From Takakia lepidozioides (Eukaryota; Plantae; Bryophyta): DNA of 64,000 nucleotides. The stretch covers positions 41,912,001-41,976,000 of the forward strand of contig CM060731.1 of assembly GCA_030704615.1 (NCBI GenBank). Reading direction: 5' to 3'. Both the position numbers and the translations under genes were made by a program. Every line of letters starts with the position of its first letter. The first letter of the stretch is position 1. Under the pieces are notes generated by a model. It was not told the origin of the DNA, did no database searches, and saw nothing but the letters and a program-made list of their open reading frames with translations. Below are positions 1 to 11,762 of this stretch, one piece after another.

Positions 1-932
1 TGACGATGTCACCATGGACCTCTTTCCCCTTTTCCAGAGCTCCCAAGCTTGCACACGCATTGCAAACACAAACAAACATGATGTGGTTGGGCTTCACCCC
101 TTCGCGTAGCAGTTGCTCATAGGTCTCCAAAGCATTCCTACCACACCCATGTTTGGTAACTCCTGCCAACATTATATTCCACATGATTAAAGTTCGTTGA
201 GGCATTCTGTTGAACACTTGGTGAGCATACATGATGCTCCCGCACTTAACATACATGGAGACAAGGGTGTTGAGTAGAAAAACATTTGGCGTGCATCTAC
301 TTTGGATAATGTAAGTGTGCACCTGCTTTCCAGCGTCCAGACCTTCCATATTGATGCACTTAAGCAAGGGACAGACACACGTACCTGAATCTGCTGAAAT
401 GCCTCATTGGCTTAAAGTCTGTAGAGCCTATGTCAGTCTGCCTACCGCAAAGCATCTTCACATGCCCAGAAGTGCCAGAAGAGGCATCGTGGACTCCCTC
501 TCTTGATCCTCTTTCAGAAGTTGTGGTCATGATTGAGGTGCCTGGTTTTATAAACTGTGCCGCTGCAACTGCAGCCTTTAATTGACCATCTACCATGCAC
601 GTTTCTTGTAGCTATTGATCCATATGGAATCACATCTGGTACAATTCCAGCTTTGGCGATGCAACCATGCACCTCTTTGCCCTTTTCCAGGGCTGCCAGG
701 CTTTTACACGCGCACACAAACCTGATGTGGTCGGGCTTCACCCTTCCCCAATCATTTGCTCATAGGTCTCCAAAGCCTCCATCTCATGCCCCTGCTGTGT
801 ATACCCTACAAGCATGGCATTCCACGACACCACATCTCGTTCCCCCCACGTTCCATGAGATCACATCTCGTTCAGCCAGAGTGTGGAAAACTCCCTTCGC
901 ATCCTGAATGCACCCACATTTGACAAACATAT
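1..932 (-). pseudogene. Degenerate PLS-class PPR gene, downstream part (interrupted by the 933-16414 insertion)
   Basis: Minus-strand PPR motifs, e.g. MFVKCGCIQDAKGVFHTLAERDVISWN, KPDHIRFVCACKSLAALEKGKEVHGCIAKAGIVPD and KPNHIMFVCVCNACASLGALEKGKEVHG. Frameshifts and unrelated sequence at ~300-600. Confidence 0.8.
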
Positions 933-1300
933 TGTCATGGTTTTAGTCATGGTTAACTAGAATTACCTACTTCTAGTTAACTATGATATTTTGGATATTT
1001 ATATTTGTATTTTGTGTGTTGGAACTTCATTTGGTCTTACATGCCAAGTGAGGTGTCAAACCTCACTTGGGACATGGGGATGGGTTTTCCCCTTGTGAGT
1101 GTTGAGGAGGGCTCATCTTCTTGTAGTTGAGCCTCCATGAGCCTCTCCCACCTCCATAGCTCTAGGTATTGAGAGGGAGTGTGGTGAGGGCTTTGTAGGG
1201 TGGATTCCTTTAGCAAAGGTGCCCTTGGCTTTACTTAGTTTATGTGATTGAGTGGATTCATGAGTAGAGTGATTCCATTGTGTGTTCACTTCCATTATCA
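933..1300 (+). repeat. Terminal repeat A1 (368 bp, TG...CA)
   Basis: Direct repeat of 15961-16328, ~8 mismatches by eye. Internal hairpins GTTAACTAGAA/TTCTAGTTAAC and CCAAGTGAGG/CCTCACTTGG. Confidence 0.95.
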
Positions 1301-1312
1301 CTACAAGAAGAT
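1301..1312 (+). promoter_or_regulatory. Putative self-priming primer-binding site
   Basis: CTACAAGAAGAT directly after A1 is the exact reverse complement of ATCTTCTTGTAG at 1115-1126 inside A1. No tRNA-type TGG PBS. Confidence 0.75.
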
Positions 1313-2594
1313 CTCCTTATGCTTGTGAGTGCGGAATGTAAGGGTTAGTTTAGCACTTGTGTGTTGGAGAAAGCTTGGTAAAGAGCTCTTATGTTGCAAG
1401 GTGTTGCAGGTGTTGCAAAGGAAAATCCTTGTGGCGTGGAGAACATGGATGTTAGGGTTTGAGAAACATTACTTTGCTCTATAGAGGTGGAGAGCTTGGA
1501 AAAGAGCTCTTGCATCACAAGAGAAGCGTCTTGTGTGTGGAGAAGATAGACACTAGGGTTTCAAGAGCAAGCTCTAGTTGTTCATGGTGTGAAAGAGAAG
1601 CCAAAGAGCGGCACATGTTTGGGTTGGAATAGAAGGAGTACAACAAGGGTAGCTGGAGGAGCATTGAGTAGCTCAAGAGAAGCTAAGAAGTGGTTGTTCT
1701 ATCCATGGTGAAATGAAGCCAAGTAGGGTTTTATTTGGTTGACAAACAAGCAAGCAAAGGTGGCGCTAGAAGGGAGTGTTTTTGCTAGTTATATGAGTTC
1801 TTGGATTGCTCTTGGTGAAGCAAGTGGTTGACCAAGCAAGTGGCGCATGTGTGGAGCATGCTTTACAAGTGTGGCTTCCAATTCAAGCTTGAGGAGAGCT
1901 AGAAGGTGAAGTGAGCAAGTTCATTCCTTGTGTATGAGGTGGTGCATGTTGTGGAAGAAGTTCAAGATGACTCCAAAGTGAAGCATGTGGGTGAGAATTC
2001 TATCCATGATGATGTGAAACCAAGCCTAGAGTATTGAAGACTTGGAGCACATGTGGCAGATCATTGGAGGTGGTCTTTATGAAGAAAGGAGATTGTGGCT
2101 CATGACATGCATAGCAACTTCAACCATACATTAGCATGTGACAAGACAAGGAAGGGGAAGGTGAAACTCATGTATTCATATTTCTTTTTTGCTGAAGTTT
2201 TGTGGTGGATAGTTGATCAACCAAGTGAGGCTTATGTGGAGCATGCTCTTTAGGGCTTGTGACTTCAAGTTAGAGAAGATGAGCTCTTGAATAGAGGTGT
2301 GGATACACATTATGATGAATGAAGACAACATCTAGGTCAAGAGGTGGAAGTATGTGTGACTAGCCCATGCAAGGGAAAGCACATGGAAGATGACATACAA
2401 AATTCAAATTCAAGCAAGGCTTGGCGCTTGTTATTGGGCACATTAGCTTGCTATGAGTTCCAAGGAGATCAAGAGGAACTTGTAAATTTTGGGATGAATG
2501 CATTGCAAAGTAAGATAATGCAATCTTGCATGCATGTTAGGGGGAAGATACCATGAAGAAGGTGTTTCTTACTATACTCTACAAACCCTAGTCT

Positions 2595-2840
2595 CCATAC
2601 TCTTCAAGAAACTGTGTATGGGCTCCCTCTGCCCCACCATACACTTTTGTGAACAGAGTATGGAACCCCTCTGCCCAACATACTCTTTTGTGAACAGAGT
2701 ATGGGCCCCCTCTGCCCAACATACGTTTCTGAGAACAGTGTATGGGCTCCCTCTGCCCCACCATACACGTTTTTGAACAGTGTATGGATACAAGTGGAGA
2801 GACTTTGCCTACCATACGTTTTCATTAAAAGTGTATGACA
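2595..2840 (+). repeat. Tandem ~41-42 bp hairpin units in the retroelement leader
   Basis: About 5 units of CAG(T/A)GTATGG...CTCTGCCC..CATAC..TTTTGTGAA, with GTATG/CATAC inverted repeats. Confidence 0.85.
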
Positions 2841-2859
2841 TCTAAGGTGTATCTGGAGG

Positions 2860-3190
2860 AGTATTGACTTTGGAGGATCTTTGGGGGGGTCCTTTAAGGA
2901 ACTTTTGTAAGACACTTGAAGAGCTCTTGAAGGGGTGTTTGGAGGACTGTTTGGAGGACTATTGGGGGTCCTTGAAGACCAATATTTGGCAAATATTTGG
3001 ATCTTTGGAGGGCTATTTGGAGGACTATTTTGGGGTCCTTGGAGGCTAATATTTGGCGAGCTTAAGGAGTCTTTGATAACTTGTCTGGCGGAATTTTTGG
3101 GGTCCTTGAGGGCCAAGATTTGGCAGGCTTTGGGGGCCTTAGTGAGATTGTTTGAGAGACATCTTGAGGAGAGTTATTTGAGAGACCCTG
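2860..3190 (+). repeat. Low-complexity TTGGAGG/TTGGGG degenerate tandem region in leader
   Basis: Repeated tttggaggac and tttggggtcc motifs. A related tract occurs inverted at ~59460-59590. Confidence 0.55.
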
Positions 3191-3751
3191 GAAGGTAGTT
3201 ATGTCTGTTGGTCATGAGCAAGAGCATTTAGAGATAGGGGGAGACTAGTGGGATGAGATCATTCTGGGATTAGGAATTGCTTTAGTCTCTCTTCCTCGTA
3301 GTCTTCCACCCTCTATGTAGGCCAAAACCTTTCCGTAGGTGGAGGCAAGAGTCAGTCCGGGTTTGGGCTGGGGTGTCCTTGCAGGAGCGACACTGCGGAG
3401 TGTTTTTTTTTGGTGTGGGGGAGTTACTGTCTTGATTTTCTTGTATTTGGATCCCTCCCACACCTGCATGCTTGACTGTGCGCCATGTCAGTTTTGTGTG
3501 GGCGCTTGTTTCATAGGAGGTTGGTCCGGATTTGATCACCGGCCAATCCTAGAGCATGTTGTCGGTGGTGAGGCTGGGGTGATGACCAGCAGACCATATA
3601 AGTGTTTGCGGTGGATGCAGGTGCAGGTTTATGTTACAAACCTAGTAGTCTAAGCCATGAGCCGCAACAGGTTCTCTACATGGTTACCTTGTGGAAAGGG
3701 GGATTAGAGACAGATTTACAACAGGTGTGGTTGTGAGTTTTTATCACAGAG

Positions 3752-5129
3752 GTGCCACCAGTTGCTGAGGAGAGTGCCGGTACGAGCACTAGCGATACTA
3801 GTGGGTATACAAGACGAGATGTGCGGTTTAGGCCACCTTCACCTTCAGTGTCTTCTGAGGAAAGTTCAGACTCAGAGTTAAGAGGATTCTCGCCGAGGGT
3901 GCAAGCCATTTCCGTGCCATTGTTGTGGGATACGATGGAGGAAATGTATGGAGCTACCAAGGGGCCACGTCGGTACTCTGGAGCTGTGGGCACCATCGAG
4001 CTTGATGATTTCATACAAGAGTTTGATAGTTGGTGTGATTTGCAGCAGATGCGCAATCCACAACTGTTTACGCCTTTTATGGCGTGGAAGGGGCTGTTTC
4101 AGCACCTTGAGGGGCCGCCCATGGATGACTACCATGAGTTTAAGCGGGGGATATGAGGTGGAGATTGAGGAATGGCGGGTGTATTGGTCACCTGACTATG
4201 TCTCCATCACTAGAGGCACAAGGGCAGTGGTGACACCGGCAGCTACACCGGCAGCTTCTGCAAGCAGCAGTGGGACGTCAAGTGGAACAGGAGCTGGGAA
4301 GTCCACCCAAGCTCCTGCTGCAGCACCAACACCCTTGCCTGCCTTTAACCCAATTGTGGAGTTCTTCGAGGAATTAAGGAGAAACTACCAGGGGATAAGG
4401 ACGGAGAAATTGCAAAGTTTTCAAGAGTTCCAACGAAAGCCTGCCGAGAGTTTAAGGGAGGCTTACACGCGCTTGCGGCGATTGATAAATGTAACCCAAG
4501 GGGTTACGAAAGCTCAAGCAGTCCAATTCTGGTATGGTATATTGGACAAGGAGCTGAGGAGAAGGGTGCAGGATGCAACTCTTCTACAAGTGGCCCAACC
4601 CACTTTAGCAAACGTGTTTTTGCTGGCAGAGCGAATAGAGCTCAATATGGTAGATGAGCAAGTGGTCATGGTGGGGTTTGGTAAGGAGACACAACGAAGT
4701 GGGGTTCCTAGCCAACAACAACCACTACCCCAACGTGCTCAAGGCAACAAGGGGGCTCAGGCGAAGCCCAGGGAAGGGCCGAGATGATCTCAATTGCACA
4801 GGTCACTTCTTTGATTCTCAGGCCAACAACAGTCGGGTGTGACATGTTGGGATTGTGGAGGACCCCATGATAAGAGAGATTGCCCGGAGAGAGGCAAAGG
4901 GCCGACACAGGCACAGCCTACACAACTACAATATGGGCATTGTGGCAAGTATGGGCATGAAAAGGCCTATTGTTATGACTTGCATCCTGAGCTACGGCCA
5001 GGCCAGTTCCAAGGGAACAATGGTGGCCGAGGACGAGGCAATGTAGTCCAGAGAGGTAGAGGAGGTAGAGGTCGTGGTGGAGGTCGTAACCAAAACCCAA
5101 GGAGCATAGGGTCAAGGTCAAGGTCATGA
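3752..5129 (+). pseudogene. gag of outer Gypsy element (frameshifted), with two zinc knuckles
   Basis: ORFs 3752-4156, 3948-4787 and 4839-5129: ELDDFIQEFDSWCD, FQRKPAESLREAYTRL, CWDCGGPHDKRDC, (Y)GHCGKYGHEKAYC and an RGG tract. Confidence 0.85.
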
Positions 5130-5244
5130 CCAAGGCATGGTGGATAGGCTTGCCCAGCTAGAGCAACGTCTTGCTACCATGGCCACTACTCATGTTGCGC
5201 CAGCTCCAAGGCCTGAGGTTTAAGCCCCACCTGCACAACCTCCT

Positions 5245-6626
5245 ATGCCTAGGGAAGACCAGATTGGTATGGGCTTCATGTGTGGAGCCGCACTTACAAG
5301 ACCATTGCATGTGGACTCTGCAGCTGCTGTCACTCGAGCAGCAATGCGTGCTCTTGAGCCAAGAGGAGCAGATGTGGATTTGGATCCACAAAGAGGGGAA
5401 GCAAGTCGACAGACAAGGCTTCCACAATCTTTCACATTGGCTGAGACAGTGCCAACTACGCCATTGATGGTACCCGCTCGCCCAAGTGTGTCAGAGGTAG
5501 AGCCACGAGTGCCAGTGGGGAGAGTTGGTGTAGCCCGGAAAATGCCAGTGGGTGGTGCTGCAAAGCAAGGTACAGCCAGTACATTGTTGGGGGCGGCTAC
5601 GGCAATTTGTCAAGCTCCATTATTTTCTGCCACAACAATTGCAATGCCAGGGATGCGGCCAGCTGCAGTGTTTAGACTGGCAGCTAGACTCTGTGAGAGT
5701 GGTGATGCATCGGCACTATCTGCGGGGATAGCGGATCAGGTGCAGTGCATAGATGCCCTGGATTCAAGGGTAAAGACAGCCACAGCTGCGCCATGGCAAG
5801 CGGCAGCTGCAAGGTTGCAAGAGTTGCCAGCTAGACCAGCCATTGAGCGTAGTATGGTGACTCCTGGGGTAGTCCTGGTGGACAATCAGGATGGTGTGTT
5901 TCAGTTGGGTGGCCCGGCCAGGAGGAGGTATAGGCCACTGCGGGTCTTGTTGGACTCGGGAGCACAGCCATTGATGTTGGGGAGAGCAACAATTGCAGGC
6001 TTGGGTCTTACAGAGGCGGATTTGAAGCCTTGCCCTTTCCAAATTCAAACATCTTTGGGCGGTTCAGAGAAGGCACGAGGGATTACACGCCATGAGCTCT
6101 TCATTCGATTGCAGCCAGATCATCCTACAGATGGCTCTGTCGTGAGAGCTAAAGCCATTGTTACGGACGCAATGTCTTATGATGTACTTGTTGGGGGGGT
6201 ATGTTATACCCGATGGGCTTTACTTTGGACTTTTGGGAGGAAACGGCATCCTACAGGCCGGAATGGCAGTCAGGGGATGGTCGACGTGCACTGCTCCCAG
6301 TGCAGTTTATTGGGAATATAGCGGTGGATCATAGGAACATGATGCCCACATTGGCTGTATTCTCAAGGGTGGTGGCTTGGGGTGGTGAGCTCTTGGAGGG
6401 AAATAGTCATGCAGATGATAGCCCACCACCTGATGAGGACAAACAATTGGCATACAGGGCTGATTTGCTTCCTCATGTGTCTGTTCATATTCCACTGTGG
6501 GGTACAATTAGGAATTTGCATCGAGTAGCAGGCGAGTGTGTGCAAGGTGGGTCAGGAGTGGCAGTGGGAGGAGGAGCAGGAGGAAGCCTTTGAGGAACTC
6601 AAGGCTCGATTGACTTCTGCACCTAT
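5245..6626 (+). pseudogene. Aspartic protease region of outer Gypsy pol, joined directly to the RT-RNaseH linker
   Basis: VLLDSGAQ motif and DVLVGG. From ~6545 it reads KVGQEWQWEEEQEEAFEELKARLTSAPI, which continues after the nested insert as LRRPIRG. Confidence 0.8.
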
Positions 6627-7353
6627 TGTCGCGCACCTCACTTCGGTAAGCTCCCCCCTCAAGTCATAGTCACTCGCTTGATGCGCGCGCCTAACTCCCA
6701 ACCTGGCCGCCGGGCCAACTTGGAGCTCCGGCTGCTCACCGAGGCATAACGGTCCCCCCTTTGATCTCCCAAAGAACCCTCCAATGATTTGGAACCAGCG
6801 GAATTCCCTTTGGTAGTTGGCAGTCCGGAACAGCTCCCCACTCTTTGGTTGTTTTCCGGCTCGCTCGCTTACTCACTAGTTTTTGGCCACCAACGGGCTT
6901 GCACTGTTCTCGGGGTTACTACTCCCTATATATACTTCTGTAGCTGTCCGCGGGGGTTTCACAAACAACCATGTCATTTTATGGCGAACCACCACGAACA
7001 CCCTCGACTCCCGGTGATGAGTCGCGGTGAGTCTTGGCCCACCCACCACGGCCCCTATGGACCGTGATGAGTCCCAAGACTCCCCACGACTCCCACCATG
7101 AGGTCTCCGCCCCAGGGTGAGTCCTATGCCACCCCCACTAAGTCCCGCTAAGCTACCACCATCCCTTGTGGAGCCACCCCCACCGCAACCCGGTGTGCGG
7201 GGCTCCACCTAGTGAGCGCCTCCGCCTCCTTGAGTGCTTTGGGCACTCAAGGGTGCTTCAGGCCCCCCATACCTATCGCTGCCACTGCCCCCACCACAGG
7301 GGCAGTCCCTCTTGTGTCCCGACCCCCTGCCCTCAAGGCAAAGGGCCGCGACA
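6627..7353 (-). repeat. 3' LTR of nested chromovirus
   Basis: TGTCGC...GCGACA; matches 12848-13574 with ~20 substitutions. Confidence 0.95.
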
Positions 7354-8257
7354 CACACCCTACCAACAGGGAGTCGATGTCCTCATCGGCTTGTCCATTT
7401 TGTGGAAACGAACATCCAAGTTGTGGCGTCCCACATCAAGGAGTTTGTTTCCGTACCATGGCGTCCCATGGCAAAGAACCAAACCCCACACTTGACTCTA
7501 CTCTCCACTAGCTAGTTCGGCCGACTTCCTCCAAGTCCCGACCAAGGGTGGAGCCTCTCAAGCTCCTCCCAGTGCACTCTTCTTGGCCTACTTCAAGGCC
7601 AAAGAACTATCCTCCCCGAGGATCGAATCGCCTTATTGCAACAACATTGCTTGCGACCGCTCATGATGCCGCTTTTGGCATCACCTTGAGCAAGGGTTCA
7701 CCTCGAACCCTCTTTGACTAGGAAGATAACCTTGAACCAACCGCGCGCCCCAATCACTACAATTGGGTCCGCCTTGGAATGCTGGCCTGAGGTACGGGAA
7801 CACGCCGAAGCCGCACTACGACTTCGTCCCGAGGCTACACGATTATAGTACGTGAACGGAAGCACGTAGCTTCCGCGTTAGCCCGCACTACAAAACAACC
7901 CCCTCGGTAGCGCAGTTATAGTATGCGCACGCGCCAGTGCGCACTAGCACGTGAACTCCTAAGGAAGGCGCAAGCTTCTTTGCCCCTTGGATGGGAGTCA
8001 CCCGATTTCGGCACTGCGCAAACACACGATTAACCCAATTTACCTCTCCCACTTTTGTAAGCTAGCATGCATTCTACACACTAGCCAACCACACCATGCA
8101 TCACCATTCCAAACAAAATAGGACGCACAACATTTGGAACCCCTTTCCTTTATAACAAATTTTTGTACAATACAAGTTTTTGCAATCGGATTCCTAAGCT
8201 AGCTAAGCCGGGCTAAGCATGCATTTCCTCCCCCACGCTCCAAGGTTGATGTCCCCA

Positions 8258-11200
8258 TCAACGCTTCTTCCGCTTTTGAGGTCGCCCTTCAAAAACTGCA
8301 ACCGCCTCGGATGTGTTTCCCATTTCTGAGGCACGCACCCAAGATGCCTCCACATGATGATAGCCCTTCCATTTGACGAGATACTCCGTTTCTCGGTTCT
8401 TGAACCTCCTCGACTTAAGTACTGCCTCCACCTCATACTCAGGTTCATTTTCATGATCCAACAGCATAGGTGGCGGACACAACACTTGATGCCGATTCGG
8501 ACGCGCTTCATTTTTGAAGTAAGGCTTCAAAAGGGAGACCTGGAATACTTGATGCACCTTGCTGTTTGCTGGCAGCTCCAATTCATACACATCCTCATTC
8601 ATAACCTTCCGGATGCGAAAGGGTCCCGCATATGGAGGTACGAACTTTGGACTCACTTCCGGAGGTAGTCGGAAATTCTTGATGTTCAACCAGACCTCCG
8701 TGCCTGCCTCAAACTTCACTTCCCTCCGCTTCCGATTCGCCTGCCTTTTATATCGTTTCCTAGCTTTGGCAATGTTGTACTTTGCGAGCTTCAACAAACG
8801 CTCGCGTTCTTCCAGTACCGCCGCTACTGCCGGTTCCTCAACGTCCTGGGCGGCCCAACTTGTCGGCACCAGATGTGCTTTTCCATGGACCAATACGAAA
8901 GGGGAAACTCCCGTTGTGGAGTGTTCTGTGTTATTATAACAGAACTCTGCCACGTCTAAGTGTTCCACCCAGTCTGTTTGGTCTGCCGACACGTAATTCC
9001 GCAAGATCTGCTTCACTACGGAATTCACTCTTTCCGTTTGGCCGTCGGTCGTAGGTCGGAAGGCGGTGCTCATCTTTAGCCTCGTCCCCATCTTCTTCCA
9101 AAGTGCCCTCCAAAATTTACTCGTAAACTTTGGATCGCGGTCCGAGACAATATCCTTCGGGACTCCATGATGCTTTAAGACGTGGGCAAAGTAAAGTCGT
9201 CCTGTTTCCTGCGCCGTAGCCGTCTCCTTGGTGGGGATGAAATGGCCCATTTTACTGAACCTATCCACCACCACCATGATTGCATCGAATCCTTTTGACA
9301 GCGGCATAGCAGTCAAGAAGTCCATCGAGACGCTTTTTCAAGTCCCCTCTGGAATCGGCAAGGGTTGTAACAGCCCCGCTTGCTTTTTGTACTCGCTCCG
9401 GTTTTGTTGGCATATGGTGCATGTCTTGACATACTCCTCTGCCTCCTCCCTCAGTTTGGGCCAGAAATACTCTTTCTTCAAGAGTGCCGCAGTGCGCTTG
9501 GCTCCGCCGTGGCCCGCAAGCGGGCTATCATGGCATTCTCTCAAGAGGCTATCTCTGATCCCTCCCTTCGATATGTAGAGACGCTTTTGCTTATACCGGA
9601 GCAGTCCATTTTGCAAGTGGAACTACGATTTAACCCCCATCCTCAAGTCCTGCATCACGGACTTCGCCAGCTCATCCTTCCGGCAAGCCTTCCGGATCTT
9701 CCTTTGGAGCGCCGTCTCGCCCTTGAACACCAACAAGAGCTGCTGCTTTCTACTTAGAGCATCGGCCACCACGTTGTCTCGTCCCGGTTTGTACTGGATA
9801 TCCACGTCGAACACCGCCAAAGTATCTTGCCACCTAAGTTGTTTTGGGGGACAACTTGGGCTGCGTGGCAAAATACTTCACCGTGACATTGTCCGTGAAC
9901 ACCTTCACTGGGTTGGAACCAACATAGTGGCGCCAAAGCTCAAGACAGTGCACCACCGCCTTCATCTCTTTCTCGTGCGTCGGCCACCGTCGCTCCACTT
10001 CATTCAGTTTCTTACTTTCGTAATCCACTGGACGTCCATCTTGCATCAGTACACCCCCAATCGCGAAGTCCGACGCATCTGTATGAATCTCGAACGGACG
10101 ATCGAACTCCGGGATTTTCAAGACTGGAGCTTCCGCCATCCGCTGCTTCAATTCAGCAAAAGCTTGGCCACAAAAGGTGTTCCATGTCCATACTTTGGAT
10201 TTACACAGAAGATCTGACAGCGGCCCCGCGATCTTGGCGAAATTTCTCACATACTTCCGGTAATAGGAGGCGAGTCCTAGGAAGGATCGCACTCCCGGGA
10301 CCGAAGTCGGAGGCTCCCAGTCCAAAGATTGCCCTCACCTTCCTGTCATCCATTCTGATCCCATCCTGTGTAATCACATGCCCCAGGAACTCCACTTTTG
10401 TGACCCCGATTTCGCACTTTGAAGCTTTGGCATACAGCTTCCCTTCCCGCAATTTCTGGAACACCCTTTTGAGGTGCTCCACGTGCTCCTCCTTTGTTTT
10501 CGAATACACCAAGATGTCGTCGATGTACACAATCGCAAAGTCATCCAACCACTCTTGGAAAAGGCTGTTCATCAGCGTGCTAAAGGTCGCGGGAGCGTTG
10601 GTGAGTCCAAAAGGCATCACCAAGAACTCATATGAACCATACCTTGTCATGCACACGGTCTTCTCCTCATCTCCTTCCGCCACTCGAATTTGATGATAGC
10701 CGGAGCGCAGATCGATCCGGCTGAAAAGGTCGTCGATCCTTAGCAAAGGGTACCGGTTTTTAATAGTCACCTTATTCAAAGCCCTGTAATCGACACACAT
10801 CCGCAGCGTCCCATCCTTCTTGTCTGCGAATACTCCGTAAGGTGACTTACTCGGCCGGATGTACCCCTTTGACATTAGATCTTTGAGTTGAGTCTTCAGC
10901 TCGACCAACTCTCTGTGGCTCAACCGGTAGGGCGCCTTGGCAGGCGGTTCTGATCCCGGTATCACCTCAAATCTTGTGGTCAACTCCTCTTCGCGGTGGC
11001 AAGCCGCTTGGTAAATCTTCCGGCATCACATCCTGGTATTTCTCCAAAATCCCCTTGATCCAATCTGGGCTCGGCTCCCCATCGCCTTCTCCCTTCACTT
11101 CTCTAATGTAGAGCAAAAACTAGGGCTCGTGTGCCTCCTTCACGGCCCACTCCCTTGCTGACAGAAGGTTTATTCGCCCTCCCACGGGTTTGGGCGTTTC

Positions 11201-11762
11201 CGACACTCGTAAGACCTCGCCACCATTCCCACATGGCAGCGTGACTACTCTCTTGCGGCCATCTATGACCGCTCCGGATTTGCTCAAAAAAGTCATCCCC
11301 AAAATGAGATCTACTCCATTGATCTCGCAGATGGTGAAATTTTCACGTCCCTCCCAACTCCCCAGTTGAAGAGGAATATCAAACGCCAACCTTGTCGCCA
11401 ATTGCGGTTCTGGCAGAACGCACCTCAATAGAGGCCCCCACGTCACTTGTCGGGAGTCCCAGCTTTGGTGCCGTTGCTGGTGTCATGAAGGAGTGCGACG
11501 CTCCTGTGTCCACCAACAACGACACGTTAGTTCCGGATATTATCCCATCCACGAACAATAACTGACTCCCTTTATGTAAGGCACCAGTTTCCTGATACAA
11601 CTCACAAGAAAATTTGCCTACCTTGCACGTCCTGGCGACCACTACTTCCACCAAGCAACTGATGGTATCTTCCGACAGCTCTGTGGTCACCCGAGTCATG
11701 TTCAATTGCCGGGGCTTCGTGCACTTCTTGGCCATGTGCCCGGGCTTCCCGCAATTGAACAC
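8258..11762 (-). pseudogene. pol of nested chromovirus (PR, RT, RNase H, integrase, chromodomain); frameshifted
   Basis: LVDTGASH; [23 protein letters not shown]; CHDSPLAGHGG...CTICQ; VSDRDPKF; GPF; chromodomain YEVEAVL...YLVKWKGY...SW. Confidence 0.9.

Noticed and set aside
2595-2840. CRISPR-like short hairpin repeats
   Set aside because: The units are contiguous without distinct spacers and lie in a retroelement leader.
3560-3600. Hammerhead ribozyme core (TGATGA) in the conserved leader block
   Set aside because: It lacks CUGAUGA with a correctly placed GAAA and the flanking stems.
6659-7515. Small ORFs duplicated at 12880-13669
   Set aside because: They arise from the GC-rich LTR copies.
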